DNA from: a virus
Virus record (IMG/VR): IMGVR_UViG_3300048837_000975
Location: 32,001 to 96,000 of that record
Length of the DNA stretch: 64,000 bases
Direction: 5' to 3' (one strand)
Each line of letters starts with the position of its first letter. The stretch's first letter is position 1. A model generated the notes under the pieces. The model worked only from the letters and a program-made list of their open reading frames with translations, had not been told where the DNA came from and did no database searches. Of the stretch, positions 10,044 through 20,640 are shown piece after piece. The position numbers and the translations under genes are program-made.

Positions 10044-10686
10044 CGATCATCCTAACGATCTTGAGCATGTCTCCAGTGTGATCCTTGAAGCCGTCAATAA
10101 CGTCTACACAGAACCGCCGAACCTGCTGCAATTTGTCTCGAAACCTAAACTGAAGATCGTCGCACTGCTCCGCTTCACGAATCCAGTCGTTACGCTGCCA
10201 GCGCACATGCTTCGCGTAGCGCTTCCATGTATCAGCTCGCTCCTCTGCTAGGTCTCGTCGTCGGACAGCCTCGTCGCGCTCCTCCTTCATACCATCGAAG
10301 TTCAGTTGAGCTGCGTGACAGAGAACCTGTTCGGTCTCGAGCTTTTCTCGAAGCTCCTCGCGATCAGCAAATAGCTCATCACTGAGAGCGCCAAGGGTTC
10401 CAACAAGAGTGCGCAGGTGCTTGTTCTCTCGACTGAGGCGTGCCGCATCTTCGATTTTGTTCTGAAGAGCCTGAGACTTCTCAAGATCTCGAGAGTTGAG
10501 CCTATGAATCTCGCGTTCGTAAAGCTCGATCTTCCGCAGTTGAGCACACGTCTCCTTCTCAGCAAACTCCTGATGCATCTCAGCTTCTGAAGCTCGACTC
10601 TGAATAACGTTCACAGCCTTCAGGATCTCCTCCCGAGCCGAGTCGAGAGTGACGTATGTTTCAAGAAGTTGTTCGATTGTGTTCAT
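10024..10686 (-). CDS. coiled-coil hypothetical protein
   Basis: 220 aa, E/R/K/L-rich helical. Confidence 0.65.
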   Translation of the reverse strand: MNTIEQLLETYVTLDSAREEILKAVNVIQSRASEAEMHQEFAEKETCAQLRKIELYEREIHRLNSRDLEKSQALQNKIEDAARLSRENKHLRTLVGTLGALSDELFADREELREKLETEQVLCHAAQLNFDGMKEERDEAVRRRDLAEERADTWKRYAKHVRWQRNDWIREAEQCDDLQFRFRDKLQQVRRFCVDVIDGFKDHTGDMLKIVRMIDEANED

Positions 10687-12163
10687 CGTTTGTTGCTCAT
10701 ATCCCTCAAACTTCTAGTCCAGAATACGTGGCTGTGCGCGCTATGGAGCGGGCACAACTTCAGAACATCGCCGATGCCAGCTCCATGGTCTCTTATCCAT
10801 CTACATCCGCAGGTATACTCGCTGTCACTTCCTTGTTTGTATACTCGGTTGTAGATGTCTCCGTTCGTTGGTTGCGAGTGTTTGCTCATTCTGCTCCAAG
10901 TCTCCTAAGAACAGCTTCCATTGCCTGGTTCCAGCCCCTCTTCCACATGTCTGTCTCATCGCGCGGCCACGGGTCTTTCGCCAAACGGATCAATCTGTCG
11001 ACTGAGTCCTTCAAAGCGTATTGTTCCTTGTGCACGCGGTTGACGTAACTTACGATTCTATCTCTAGCTTCGTCCTTTTCTTCAAGAGTCGCAGCGCAGT
11101 CGTAGTCATCAAGCAAGTCTTCTATGTGTGTCACTGTAACCCCTCTCTGCAGGACGACGGCGCTCCGCAGTTTGAACAGGGACCAAGCCCAAAGTCGTAA
11201 CAGTAGCTGCAGCGCCTGGGCTCAGGCTCGGACAGAACCCGGTGCGGCATCTGTGGAGTTGGGTGCTTCGGAAACGGAGGACGGTGCTCATGCGGATCGC
11301 GCGAGCTCTGACCAGCAGTCCTGGAGCTCTGCTCTGCTGCTCGTCGCATCATGGATCACCTAGCACTTCACTAATTAGCTCACGAATCATCGCGTGCTTC
11401 GCCGGAACGCTGAGTAGCTCGTGGTCCAGAACAAGGGTGATCTCCGAAAGGATCTCCTCAGCCTTTTTTGCTCTCTCCTCCATTAGGGATCCGGCGACAT
11501 CAGACTCCCAGCACGCAGCTCTGTATGTGTTTAGGAGATATTCGGCCCTGTCAGCTCGCGCCACCTCAGCGAAGAATAGATTCCTCTCGGTTGATGCTGC
11601 AAGCTCTGCTTTTTCTGCGCGAACAAGAGCAGATACCAGACTCTCCTGAGTCTCATAAAGCTCACCAGATAGCTGTTGAACGCGTAGCTCTGCCTTCTCG
11701 GTTCGAGCGCTAAGATCTCCGAATAACTTCAAGATGGCGTCCTTGGAGTTATCAAACCACTCCTTAGCCTCGTCAATCTCTTCTTTCGATGCTGCGCTCT
11801 CCATGCAGCAAAACAGCTCATCTTGAGCCGTGTAGAGTTCTTTTAGAAGACGTTCTATCTTAGTCATTTGTTGTCCTGATGAAGCGGGCATGACGGATCG
11901 TGAGGATGCCTTTTCCTTCCCCGGTGAGACCCCCTGCCTTCCGTTCGGCACAATGTGCACCATGAGCGTTCCATGCAAACCTCTACCACAGCTAGCGCAA
12001 GAGCTTCATGCAGAATCTTGATCTTCGCTTCTGCCTTCTCAGCCCGATCCTTCATCCGCTTCCATCGGCGTCCCTCAATCTCGGCGACTCTTCCTGTATG
12101 GCCGTACCGGCGTGCGTCGTCTAGCTCGAGATCTTCGATGTCTTGTTCTGTAAGATCGCTCAT
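10683..12163 (-). other. run of small hypothetical genes (10683-10889, 10886-11134, 11131-11352, 11349-11867, 11864-12163)
   Basis: 4-nt overlaps; shared MxxIExLL N-termini and RAEKAE motifs. Confidence 0.55.
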
Positions 12164-12995
12164 TGTTGGTCACACGCGCACGGTATATATCCGCACGTCC
12201 CGCATTCTCCGGACGCCTTCTTACCACAGATGCCACGCACGAAAGGATCGGTCAACCAAAATCGTGTGGCATAACCCAGGTCACACGTGACCCATCAATG
12301 TTAAAACATACCCACCTAAGATGTTAGTTGAGCCTAAACTAAGCATCTGCCGAAGGTGGTATTCGTGGCCTCATCGCAAACTTTGCGTACCCTACCGAAC
12401 CATTTTGCGCATTCAGGAGGGACGCAACGGAGCAACTACCACCTATCCCACCTCAGCTAAGTACAGAAGAAAAGAAGAGAAAACCTGCCCTACACGATTT
12501 TTCTTGACATCGTATTTCGGACGTGGTAGACGTTGTGTCTCGCGTGTGTTCGTTTTCTTTTGTTCGCTACCGCGGACAAGCCTTCAGGGTACGCAGCTAC
12601 CAGGTGTGAGTTCGGCATTGAAGCGCTAACCCTTACCACGTAGGATGCTTTCATGCAAGGGTTGGCGCTTCCGTTCCAACCCGCAAAGCACAACCGGTGG
12701 TTCGGCGCGGGGAGGAAGTGACGAAGCGTAGCGTAGTCGCTTCCGAGAGAAAAAAAGAAATCAGGGATGTTCGTCGGCGCTTCGGGGCCGAGACCCCGAG
12801 CAAGCGGGATGGAAGGGCGAAGGGCCCTTCCCGCAGTGCAGCGCTAGCCGCTGCCCATGAGCTCTGGTCTAAAGACGTTACCGGTTGGAACTTCCTGTCG
12901 CTCCCGCCTGGCCTGGCGTACCAAGTCGGGCACACGTTCCTTTTCTTTAGATCTCTTTTTCTGATCTCCTACCACCTTACCAGGTTACTATAGCT

Positions 12996-13019
12996 ACGCC
13001 CGCGCGCGCGCGCGGGCGT
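12996..13019. repeat. perfect 24-bp palindrome containing (CG)7
   Basis: ACGCCCGCGCGCGCGCGCGGGCGT equals its own reverse complement; located at the strand switch. Confidence 0.95.
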
Positions 13020-13113
13020 GTGTGCGCGTATGTGCGAGCGCGAGCGCGCGAACAACAAAGAACCAAGAATCTGGTTGCGCCAGGTGCTTATCTGGTGTAG
13101 AGAGATCGGATCC

Positions 13114-14043
13114 ATGAGCGAAAACGAAACAGATCCGAGTGGTGGGTCAGAGAACACCGATCAGGCTGCCGGCCCGCTGGACCAACTTGCGATCGGATGG
13201 CAGCAGTCGCTGACCAAGATGCGAGCAGAGTTTGCTGAGCGACTTCGTGAGAAGGGTCCGATCGGGTGGCTCGAGGAGAACGCTCCTCGGTTGCTACCTC
13301 TCGTCGGACCGGACGTGACCGAGGAGGAGCTGCTTGCTTGCTCCAAGGAAGACCTCTCAGACGCGTCCGTGCGCATCGGGCACTGCGAGACCTGTCCGGA
13401 GACCGGAGGCGTCTGTGCGGGCGCGTACAGGGCCGGCGAGACGGTGTCCTGGGAGAAGGGGCAAGGGGTGGTCTACTCTCCGTGCTCCGAGAAGTGGAAA
13501 AAGCACATCATCACGGAAACTGTGCGACGATGCGGAGTCCCTCGCGGCATGGAGTGGGCGAAGCCTCACAAGGGCTGGGATCTTGTGACCATAGGTGCAT
13601 GGCTACGCGGGGTCATATCTGGTCAGTCGCAGAGCCTGCTCATCCTGAGCGCCCCCAGGCAGCCGCGCGTACTGGCTCCGGTATGTGCCGCCGTCGCGCG
13701 CAAGCTGACCGAGAACACGGGTTTGGGTGGCAGGTGGACTCCTGCGTGGGTCCGGAACGCCTACGCGCTGGAGGAGCCCGTTCTGCGCGCCCTGAAGGAT
13801 GATCTCGACCCACTCGACTGTGACACGACGCGCAACGCTCAGCTTGTCATCCTGTACGGGTGGGACGGAGAGATCGAACGCAAGGTCACCAGGAGTATTG
13901 ATAAGATGCTCTCGTTCAGGCTTCGAGGCCGGAGCCCTTACACAATCTTCGCCACCACTGAAAGTCCGCGTTTGATAGCAAACTGCTTCAAGCAGTGCGC
14001 GGATTTGCTAGATTGCGCAGAGGTGGTAGAGTTTAGAGGGTGA
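13114..14043 (+). CDS. DnaC/IstB-like helicase-loader homologue with degenerate P-loop
   Basis: N-terminal Cys cluster; SLLILSAPRQPRVLAPVCAAVARKL where a Walker A is expected; R....TIFATT sensor-like segment. Confidence 0.5.
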   Translation: MSENETDPSGGSENTDQAAGPLDQLAIGWQQSLTKMRAEFAERLREKGPIGWLEENAPRLLPLVGPDVTEEELLACSKEDLSDASVRIGHCETCPETGGVCAGAYRAGETVSWEKGQGVVYSPCSEKWKKHIITETVRRCGVPRGMEWAKPHKGWDLVTIGAWLRGVISGQSQSLLILSAPRQPRVLAPVCAAVARKLTENTGLGGRWTPAWVRNAYALEEPVLRALKDDLDPLDCDTTRNAQLVILYGWDGEIERKVTRSIDKMLSFRLRGRSPYTIFATTESPRLIANCFKQCADLLDCAEVVEFRG

Positions 14044-14243
14044 AGTTGCTGTTCGTGCTCCTGATGTTAGCAAGCGCGTCTTGTCTTCGTGGCAAGTGCT
14101 ATGAGTCCGTGTCCGACAAGGACGAGGGCCTCTATTGCGACAACGGAGCTACGCTCGTGTATTGGAACGGTCGATGGGCCTGTGTTTGCGGTCCCGTTGA
14201 AAATCGCACTGTTGAGCAAAATTCGGTTGACCAGCAAGAGTAG
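14040..14243 (+). CDS. small Cys-rich lipoprotein-like protein
   Basis: signal peptide ending LASASC. Confidence 0.5.
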   Translation: MKLLFVLLMLASASCLRGKCYESVSDKDEGLYCDNGATLVYWNGRWACVCGPVENRTVEQNSVDQQE

Positions 14244-14261
14244 GCATGTAAGCATGGGTTC

Positions 14262-14813
14262 ATGCGCCTGGTATTCGCCTTCGCTGAACTTACCATCATA
14301 ACCGGCCTGCTGGCATCATGCTGCGGTGTAGCTCCTGAGGCGGAGGCTCCCGATCGTGTCTTTCTTCCTGTTCCAGCTTTCATAAGCGAATCTGTTACGG
14401 TGTTTCGTAGCGGAACATACAAGTGTGGCGCTTGGCTGTCTGGGCCTGCCGAGCTAACGACCGCGCTTCATTGTTACAACGGTGAGGACGCGAACGCTGA
14501 GCGAGTAGCGATTCGCTCGGTGCGCAGAATGGACATTCTTCGTGACACAGTGGTCTTTGATCTTGCGAACACGAATCCGACGTGGCTAGACCCTGGCAAG
14601 CCGTATGACAACGAGATCGTTGACGTTGTTTCTCCGATCTTCGGTGTCAGCATAACGCCTGTCACTGCTGTGAGTTCAAACTTTGTTAATCTAGAATGGA
14701 CGGCGAAACCAGGGTGGTCCGGAAGCCCAGCGATCGGACCCGACGGGACTGTTGCGTGCATGATTTCTGCGTACTACTACGCGGGAGGTACAAAATGTGT
14801 GAGAGTAAGATGA
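14262..14813 (+). CDS. secreted trypsin-like serine protease
   Basis: signal peptide; CGA...TALHC; D; PGWSGSP. Confidence 0.75.
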   Translation: MRLVFAFAELTIITGLLASCCGVAPEAEAPDRVFLPVPAFISESVTVFRSGTYKCGAWLSGPAELTTALHCYNGEDANAERVAIRSVRRMDILRDTVVFDLANTNPTWLDPGKPYDNEIVDVVSPIFGVSITPVTAVSSNFVNLEWTAKPGWSGSPAIGPDGTVACMISAYYYAGGTKCVRVR

Positions 14814-15148
14814 GCAAAGAAGATCTGGAGCGCGCCATTAAGAACCACCTCGCGTGCGTGCACGGCGATGCAGGAGAGACCACGGATGAGCTCGGTCTGA
14901 AAAAAGCTATTGCAGAAGCAACGGCGAAATGGTACAAGGCTGTGGAGCGCCTAGATCGCAGCGCATGGATCCCTGTCGAGGTTGTGATGCCAGGGACTCC
15001 TATGAAGGTCGGCGTCTGGTCCAGCAGTACCGGACACGCTACTGCGTTCTATCACAACGGATTCTGGATCGAAACGTACTCTGAGCTTCCGCTGGTTGAC
15101 GTAACGCACTGGAAGCTGCTTTCGGAGCCGCCGAGGGACACAAAATGA
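14810..15148 (+). CDS. DUF551-like protein
   Basis: WIPV...MP...VTHW.LL.EPP C-terminal domain. Confidence 0.65.
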   Translation: MSKEDLERAIKNHLACVHGDAGETTDELGLKKAIAEATAKWYKAVERLDRSAWIPVEVVMPGTPMKVGVWSSSTGHATAFYHNGFWIETYSELPLVDVTHWKLLSEPPRDTK

Positions 15149-15320
15149 GCAAAATGAATTGGATTGCTGAAGTCGAGCGACTTAACAAAAAGCAAGAAGA
15201 ATTCAACAAGTCTACCGAAGCGACGCGTAAGTTCATGATAGACGACATGCTTGAAGAGCTCGGGCTACTTCGAGGAATGCCTTACGAGGTCGCGCTGGCG
15301 ACGTTGCTTTCGCGAAAACA

Positions 15321-15713
15321 ATGAACTCTAAGCGCATACGCCACGAGATCGCCCGCGAACTAAAAGGCGGAGAAAAGTATGAGTTCAAAGTACTTGAAAA
15401 GGTTGCTGTCAGGCTCAACCTTGGCAAAGACGAAGTGCTCGACTGCATAAACAGAATGGTCTACTTGTACAGAGAGATCGACAGATCGTACAACTCGATA
15501 CATCTGGAAGAGCTTGCACTTACTGGCAAGTACGATCCTGCCAGGAAAGAAGAAATCAAATCGTACATGATTGAGCTCGGAACTATAAGGACTTACATCA
15601 ATGCCGAGAGCGAGAACCTTGCTAGGATCAAGGTGTCAAGAGCCATCTCTTGGCTAGCGAACAACCTGGATGACGTGGAAGCGGCAGTGTCCGCTGGAAA
15701 CATGGAGATTTGA
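15321..15713 (+). CDS. hypothetical protein
   Basis: ORF in operon. Confidence 0.55.
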   Translation: MNSKRIRHEIARELKGGEKYEFKVLEKVAVRLNLGKDEVLDCINRMVYLYREIDRSYNSIHLEELALTGKYDPARKEEIKSYMIELGTIRTYINAESENLARIKVSRAISWLANNLDDVEAAVSAGNMEI

Positions 15714-16183
15714 TGGCAAAAGTTATCAACATGGATGCGTTGGACTTCTACGCGTACGAGTCTACGGTGCAGTCCCTTGAGCGTGACGCTCAGCAAGCTA
15801 GGATAGCGGCGAAGCAGTCAAGGTCAGAGTGGGTAGGTGACATCCTTCAGGCCGCGGGTCTGCCGCGAACGATCGCACTCGAGGAGGCCGTGTTCCTGCT
15901 CTCGAAGCGCAGCGTGGAGCTTTCGGTTCCTGACGATCACGAGCTTATCAGCACTGAAAAGCTTGAGATCCTGATGGCTCAGGCGGATGCGTACAAGGCC
16001 ATGTGCGAGGCTTCAAAGGTGTACGTGGATCCTCAGACGTTCAATGACGCCTGCAACACGTTCTACGATGCGAACGATGATGATGGCACGTTCTGTGTTC
16101 CTGTTTACGCATCGGCGAACAAGTCCGATCTGGACGAGATTCCACTGGTACAGTTTATCTGGGCTGACTACGACAATTCGTGA
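15710..16183 (+). CDS. hypothetical protein
   Basis: ORF in operon. Confidence 0.55.
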   Translation: MMAKVINMDALDFYAYESTVQSLERDAQQARIAAKQSRSEWVGDILQAAGLPRTIALEEAVFLLSKRSVELSVPDDHELISTEKLEILMAQADAYKAMCEASKVYVDPQTFNDACNTFYDANDDDGTFCVPVYASANKSDLDEIPLVQFIWADYDNS

Positions 16184-16211
16184 TGCCACTACTTACAAGG
16201 GTTCAAACTTT

Positions 16212-16451
16212 ATGAACGAAACTGAAGAAGAGTCGTCCTCGCTTACCTGGAGTGAGGTTTTCTATCGACTTGGCGTGGTATTTGCTGTATACCTGGTGAT
16301 GTCGATCGGCGCGTTCCTTTCAGCCAATCTGCTGGGGGTCGCTGTTACGTACGCATCCGTGCTGTACGTCACTCTCTTCATCTTGGTAATGAGGCTCGCG
16401 TTCTCATTCCTCGCCGCGGCTCACCGACTATTCAACGAGAAGGACAACTGA
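16212..16451 (+). CDS. two-TM membrane protein
   Basis: two hydrophobic helices. Confidence 0.55.
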   Translation: MNETEEESSSLTWSEVFYRLGVVFAVYLVMSIGAFLSANLLGVAVTYASVLYVTLFILVMRLAFSFLAAAHRLFNEKDN

Positions 16452-16474
16452 CTCTCGCGCAACGAAAGTCTGCT

Positions 16475-17671
16475 ATGCTTCGCCATCGCGCCTACCGCTA
16501 CGAACTAGATCCCGGTCTAGAGACCGAGGAATTGTTGCGCAAGCATTGCGGCGCAGCTCGATGGGCGTGGAACTGGGCGCTTGCGGAACGGAAGAAGCGG
16601 TTCACTGAGAAAGAAGGAAAGGAACGCTTTACGAATGCGCAGACCCAGAACAAGGAGCTGGTTCTACTTAAGCACACTACGCATCCTTGGTTGTTCGATG
16701 TAAGCAAGTGTGCTCCCCAGCAGGCGCTTCGTAATCTAGATCGCGCATTCAAGAACATAAAGAAGACTGGTGCCGGGTTCCCAAAGTTCAAGAAGCGCGG
16801 AGCGTGTCGAGATAGCTTCTATCTTCAGCTAAACATAGCCATTTCCGGACGCTACGTCCGCCTTCCTCGCCTAGGCGCCATTCGGCTGAAGGAGCGCCCG
16901 AAGGTCTACGGTGAGATCAAGAGCGCTACGGTATCACGACAAGCAGATCGCTGGTTCGTATCGCTTCACGTTGTTGAGGAGGTTCCGCTTCCGGCTCCTC
17001 CGCCTCCAAATGGAGATGTCACCGGGGTAGACCTGGGCATCAGCACCTTCGCGACGCTGTCTGATGGGACGAAGATCGAGCATCCGAAGCCGCTGGCGCG
17101 CGACCTGGAGAAGCTGAAGCGAGCACAGCGAGCGCTGTCTAGAAAGCGCAAGGGATCCAAGAACCGCGAGAAGGCGGCGCTTCGGTTCGCCAAGATTCAC
17201 ATGCGCATCGGAAACGTGCGCAAAGACTTTTTGCACAAGATCACCACGATGCTTGCGAAAACCAAGCAGGCTATAGTCGTGGAGGATCTTAACGTCTCGG
17301 GCATGGTAAAGAACCGCCACCTGTCGCGCTCTATCATGGAGCAAGGCTGGGGCGAGTTTAGGCGTCAGCTCGAGTACAAGACGGAATGGTATGGTTCAAA
17401 GCTCATCGTAGCGGATCGCTTATTCGCATCATCGAAGAAATGTTTCGATTGCGGAGAGAAGAACGCCATGCTAAAACTGTCTGATAGGAAATGGACTTGT
17501 CGATGCGGAGCGCATCACGATCGTGATGTGAACGCAGCGAGAAACCTACGCCAGCTCGGCGTGGTCAAGCCTGTGGAGAGTCCTCTTGCGGCGGAACCGG
17601 AATCCTCCGGGTCTACGAGTAATGGCTCGATGAAACAGGAAGCAGGAATGGGAAATGTCAGAATTTTCTAG
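16475..17671 (+). mobile_element. tnpB: solo TnpB (IS200/IS605/IS607-type RNA-guided endonuclease), no transposase adjacent
   Basis: HTH AYRYEL.P...G.AR.AWN.AL; GFPKFKK; RuvC GVDLG, VEDLNV, DRDVNAA; CxxC/CxC zinc finger. Confidence 0.95.
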
Positions 17672-18146
17672 GAACGCAGTGCGGAAAAGCATTAACCTGC
17701 ATACCATTAGCGGAAACATCGGGCGCGACCCGTACTACAAGCCGGGACACGGAAACGGAAGCTTCATCGCGTTCTCAGTCGCTACGTCTACGTCGTGGAA
17801 GGACAAGAACGACGAGTGGAAAGAGAAGACGCAGTGGCACAACGTGAAGGTGTTTGGAAAGCTCGCCGACAAGCTGTCGAGCGCCCTCTCTAAAGGTACT
17901 CCGGTGTTCGTCTCAGGGCGCCACGAGTACGAGAAGAAGACTGGGAAGGACGGCAAGGAACACAACGACTCCTACATCCTGGCAGACAACGTCTACGTAC
18001 TGGTCCGCGAGGAAGCCGACCCAGACCAGCGAAAGACGCAGCGACGAAAAGATCGGCAGGACAGCGCAGGTCCGATGGGCACCGCTGACGACCTGGATGA
18101 CGCGTACTACTCAGTTGGAGGTGGAGACGAAGACATTCCGTTCTGA
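17655..18146 (+). CDS. ssb: single-stranded DNA-binding protein (start may be GTG at 17679)
   Basis: SIN...I.GNIGRDP...FSVAT...W.EKTQWHNV..FGKLA...KG..VFV.GR; acidic tail ending DIPF. Confidence 0.95.
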   Translation: MSEFSRNAVRKSINLHTISGNIGRDPYYKPGHGNGSFIAFSVATSTSWKDKNDEWKEKTQWHNVKVFGKLADKLSSALSKGTPVFVSGRHEYEKKTGKDGKEHNDSYILADNVYVLVREEADPDQRKTQRRKDRQDSAGPMGTADDLDDAYYSVGGGDEDIPF

Positions 18147-18212
18147 TCAGAGTCTTCCTCTATGAGGGTCTGTTGAAAGGAGTCTTTTAAGTTCTGAGCG
18201 CGAAGCGACACT

Positions 18213-19838
18213 ATGAGCCAAGACTGGATCGACATTGCGCAAGGTAAGTTTCGTTCTGGGGCGTTCCCTGAGGACGTTACCGTAGTAGTGCCTGATCCAG
18301 GTAAGCCAACTACAACTCCGCTCAAAGACGACAAGACAAAGAACAAGACTCCGCCGTGTGCTCTTCGCTCGGAAGAGGTAGTGCTAGTCGGGTGTATGTC
18401 CATTCCTGAGAGCATGGACGAGCTTGATGACCTGCTGCCTCAGCACTTCTATGACGTACGGAACCAGATCATCTGGGAAACGATGCTGGATCTCAGATCC
18501 AAGGATCTGGTTCCAGATCATGTCCAGATAAAGGCGAAGATCGAGGAGAAGGGGAAGACCCCACTCGTCAAGGAGTCGTATCTCAGCTACCTCGATGAGA
18601 TTCCGATCAACGCAAAGGTCCGCGAACACGCTAATATCGTAATAGCTAGGTATCGTCAGCGCGAATTGGTGAACCTTGGCAGGAGCATCGCAAATAATGC
18701 GATGACCCCTGCCGAGGACGTTCAAATGATGATCGAGGAGGCCGAGCGACTGGTCTCCGAACTTGCTCATACCAACAAAAAGTCTACACTTATCAGTATC
18801 GGAGAAGTGTACGACGAAGAGCTGCGGACGATCACCAGAGCTCACCAAACTGGTGAGTCCGCTACAGGTGTGCCTAGCGGCTTCGATGGCATCGATCGTC
18901 TAACCGGAGGATGGCACGCTGGCGATCTGGTAGTGATCGCTGGCCGTCCAGGATCCGGAAAGACCAGCTTCGTAACGAACACGCTGCTGAACATCGTGTC
19001 GACGCGCCTGGATGACGATGGCACCAGGTTCGGTGCTGCGTTTTTCTCTCTGGAGATGCCTCGAGCACAGATCGCCGTGCGTCTTGCCTGCTCCAGAAGC
19101 GGTGTTGCAAGCGAGAAGGTGCGTTTCAACAAGCTCGACTCGAGGGAGCTGGCGCGCCTGGTCAACGAAACCGTCGCGATGAAGCAGTTTCCGCTGTGGA
19201 TCGACGACACTCCGGCCATTTCGCTGCTTGAGCTAAGATCCCGAATAAAGACGCTCAAGCGGCAGGTAGACGCCGGAACTTCACGGATCGCGTGTAAGAA
19301 ACTGAAGATCGTAGCGGTTGACTATATTCAGCTGATGAAGTCACACGCAAAGAAGAACGAGAACCGCGACCGAGAGATCGCGCTCATTACGTCTGGACTG
19401 AAAGAGATCGCTAAGACAGAAGAAGTTTGCATCATAGCGCTCAGCCAGATGAATCGATCCATCGAGAAGGACAAGAAGCGTCGCCCGTGCCTGTCTGACC
19501 TGCGAGAGTCAGGGTCTATCGAAGCAGACGCGGATGCTGTTATGTTCGTACACCGCCCGTACGTAGGCGTAGACGAGGACAGCGAGGCTCCTGTCGATCG
19601 GGTTGAGCTGGTGATCGCGAAGCAGCGAAACGGCCCAACTGAGTCGGTTGCGCTTCGCTGGGACGGCAAGACTACGACCTTCTCTGACGAGGATTCTCAG
19701 CCTGGAAGGTACGTCCATAAGAGCGACTCGTACGCTGGGACTGGAAATGGCTTTGAAAAGGTGAGGAATGGTGGTAAGGTAGACTATAGGAAGCAGGAAG
19801 ACTACGATGACTTCGACATTCCAGAAGGGCTTGCCTAA
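18213..19838 (+). CDS. dnaB: replicative DNA helicase DnaB
   Basis: AGRPGSGKT, FFSLEM, VDYIQLM, ALSQMNR, SDLRESGSIEADAD, IAKQRNGP. Confidence 0.98.
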   Translation: MSQDWIDIAQGKFRSGAFPEDVTVVVPDPGKPTTTPLKDDKTKNKTPPCALRSEEVVLVGCMSIPESMDELDDLLPQHFYDVRNQIIWETMLDLRSKDLVPDHVQIKAKIEEKGKTPLVKESYLSYLDEIPINAKVREHANIVIARYRQRELVNLGRSIANNAMTPAEDVQMMIEEAERLVSELAHTNKKSTLISIGEVYDEELRTITRAHQTGESATGVPSGFDGIDRLTGGWHAGDLVVIAGRPGSGKTSFVTNTLLNIVSTRLDDDGTRFGAAFFSLEMPRAQIAVRLACSRSGVASEKVRFNKLDSRELARLVNETVAMKQFPLWIDDTPAISLLELRSRIKTLKRQVDAGTSRIACKKLKIVAVDYIQLMKSHAKKNENRDREIALITSGLKEIAKTEEVCIIALSQMNRSIEKDKKRRPCLSDLRESGSIEADADAVMFVHRPYVGVDEDSEAPVDRVELVIAKQRNGPTESVALRWDGKTTTFSDEDSQPGRYVHKSDSYAGTGNGFEKVRNGGKVDYRKQEDYDDFDIPEGLA

Positions 19839-20053
19839 CAATCTGATTGCTATCACCAGGTGGCAGTCAGGAGCGTGGTACGGGAAGGTATTCTTTCCCG
19901 ACGGAACCACGCAGTGGTACAAGCTCTTCGAGGGATCTCAGTGCAAGACGAACTCAAGATGGGCCTGGCGGAGGGCCGGTCAGATGATTCGTACAGTGCA
20001 GCAGTACGGAATCTTACCGCCCAGCAAGAAAGCCGATACGAACAAATAACGGC

Positions 20054-20365
20054 TTGCGGCTCGTTCGGACCTATGACAGCATGGGTCCTATGATCGACGG
20101 AAACTTCATTGCATTGAAAGAGGAAGCGATTCACCGGCTTAACCTGCCGTACGGAATCAACGGTAAGGACATCAAGTTCGCGCGTCTGGCGCTAGGCATG
20201 TCGCGCATCACCATCGCCTATGACCTTCGTATGAAGGTCGAGGAACTTAAGAACATAGAGATGTGTTTGGATCCCGTTCCGGACTATCTTCTTGATCACA
20301 TGAAGTTCCTGCTTGGAGTTCCGGAGCTTCAGGATCCCAGGGATGAGCTTGAGGAGGATATATGA
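20054..20365 (+). CDS. XRE-like helix-turn-helix protein
   Basis: GKDIKFARLALGMSR..IA..L.......NIE....PVP. Confidence 0.6.
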   Translation: MRLVRTYDSMGPMIDGNFIALKEEAIHRLNLPYGINGKDIKFARLALGMSRITIAYDLRMKVEELKNIEMCLDPVPDYLLDHMKFLLGVPELQDPRDELEEDI

Positions 20366-20640
20366 AGACATCCAAGCGCTTTCGCAAGAAGCGGGAGAAA
20401 CGACGACACCTCAGCAGGTGGTTCTATGTGCGCGACGCAGGAAGTCACCAGCGGTGGATGGCAGCTGGTGTTATTCATAAGCTTGTTGATTCCGAAAACG
20501 GCTGGACATACTCTTGGTGCTTGCGCGAAGTTGCTGACATGCTTCACGGCATTGATCTGTACCAGCGCACCGGAGATCGTGCTAGAGGGAAAGTCCTGAA
20601 GCGTTACATGGATGGGTTCCTGAAAGGATTAATGCATTGA
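20362..20640 (+). CDS. hypothetical protein
   Basis: ATGA overlap; GAGGAGG SD. Confidence 0.55.
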   Translation: MKTSKRFRKKREKRRHLSRWFYVRDAGSHQRWMAAGVIHKLVDSENGWTYSWCLREVADMLHGIDLYQRTGDRARGKVLKRYMDGFLKGLMH

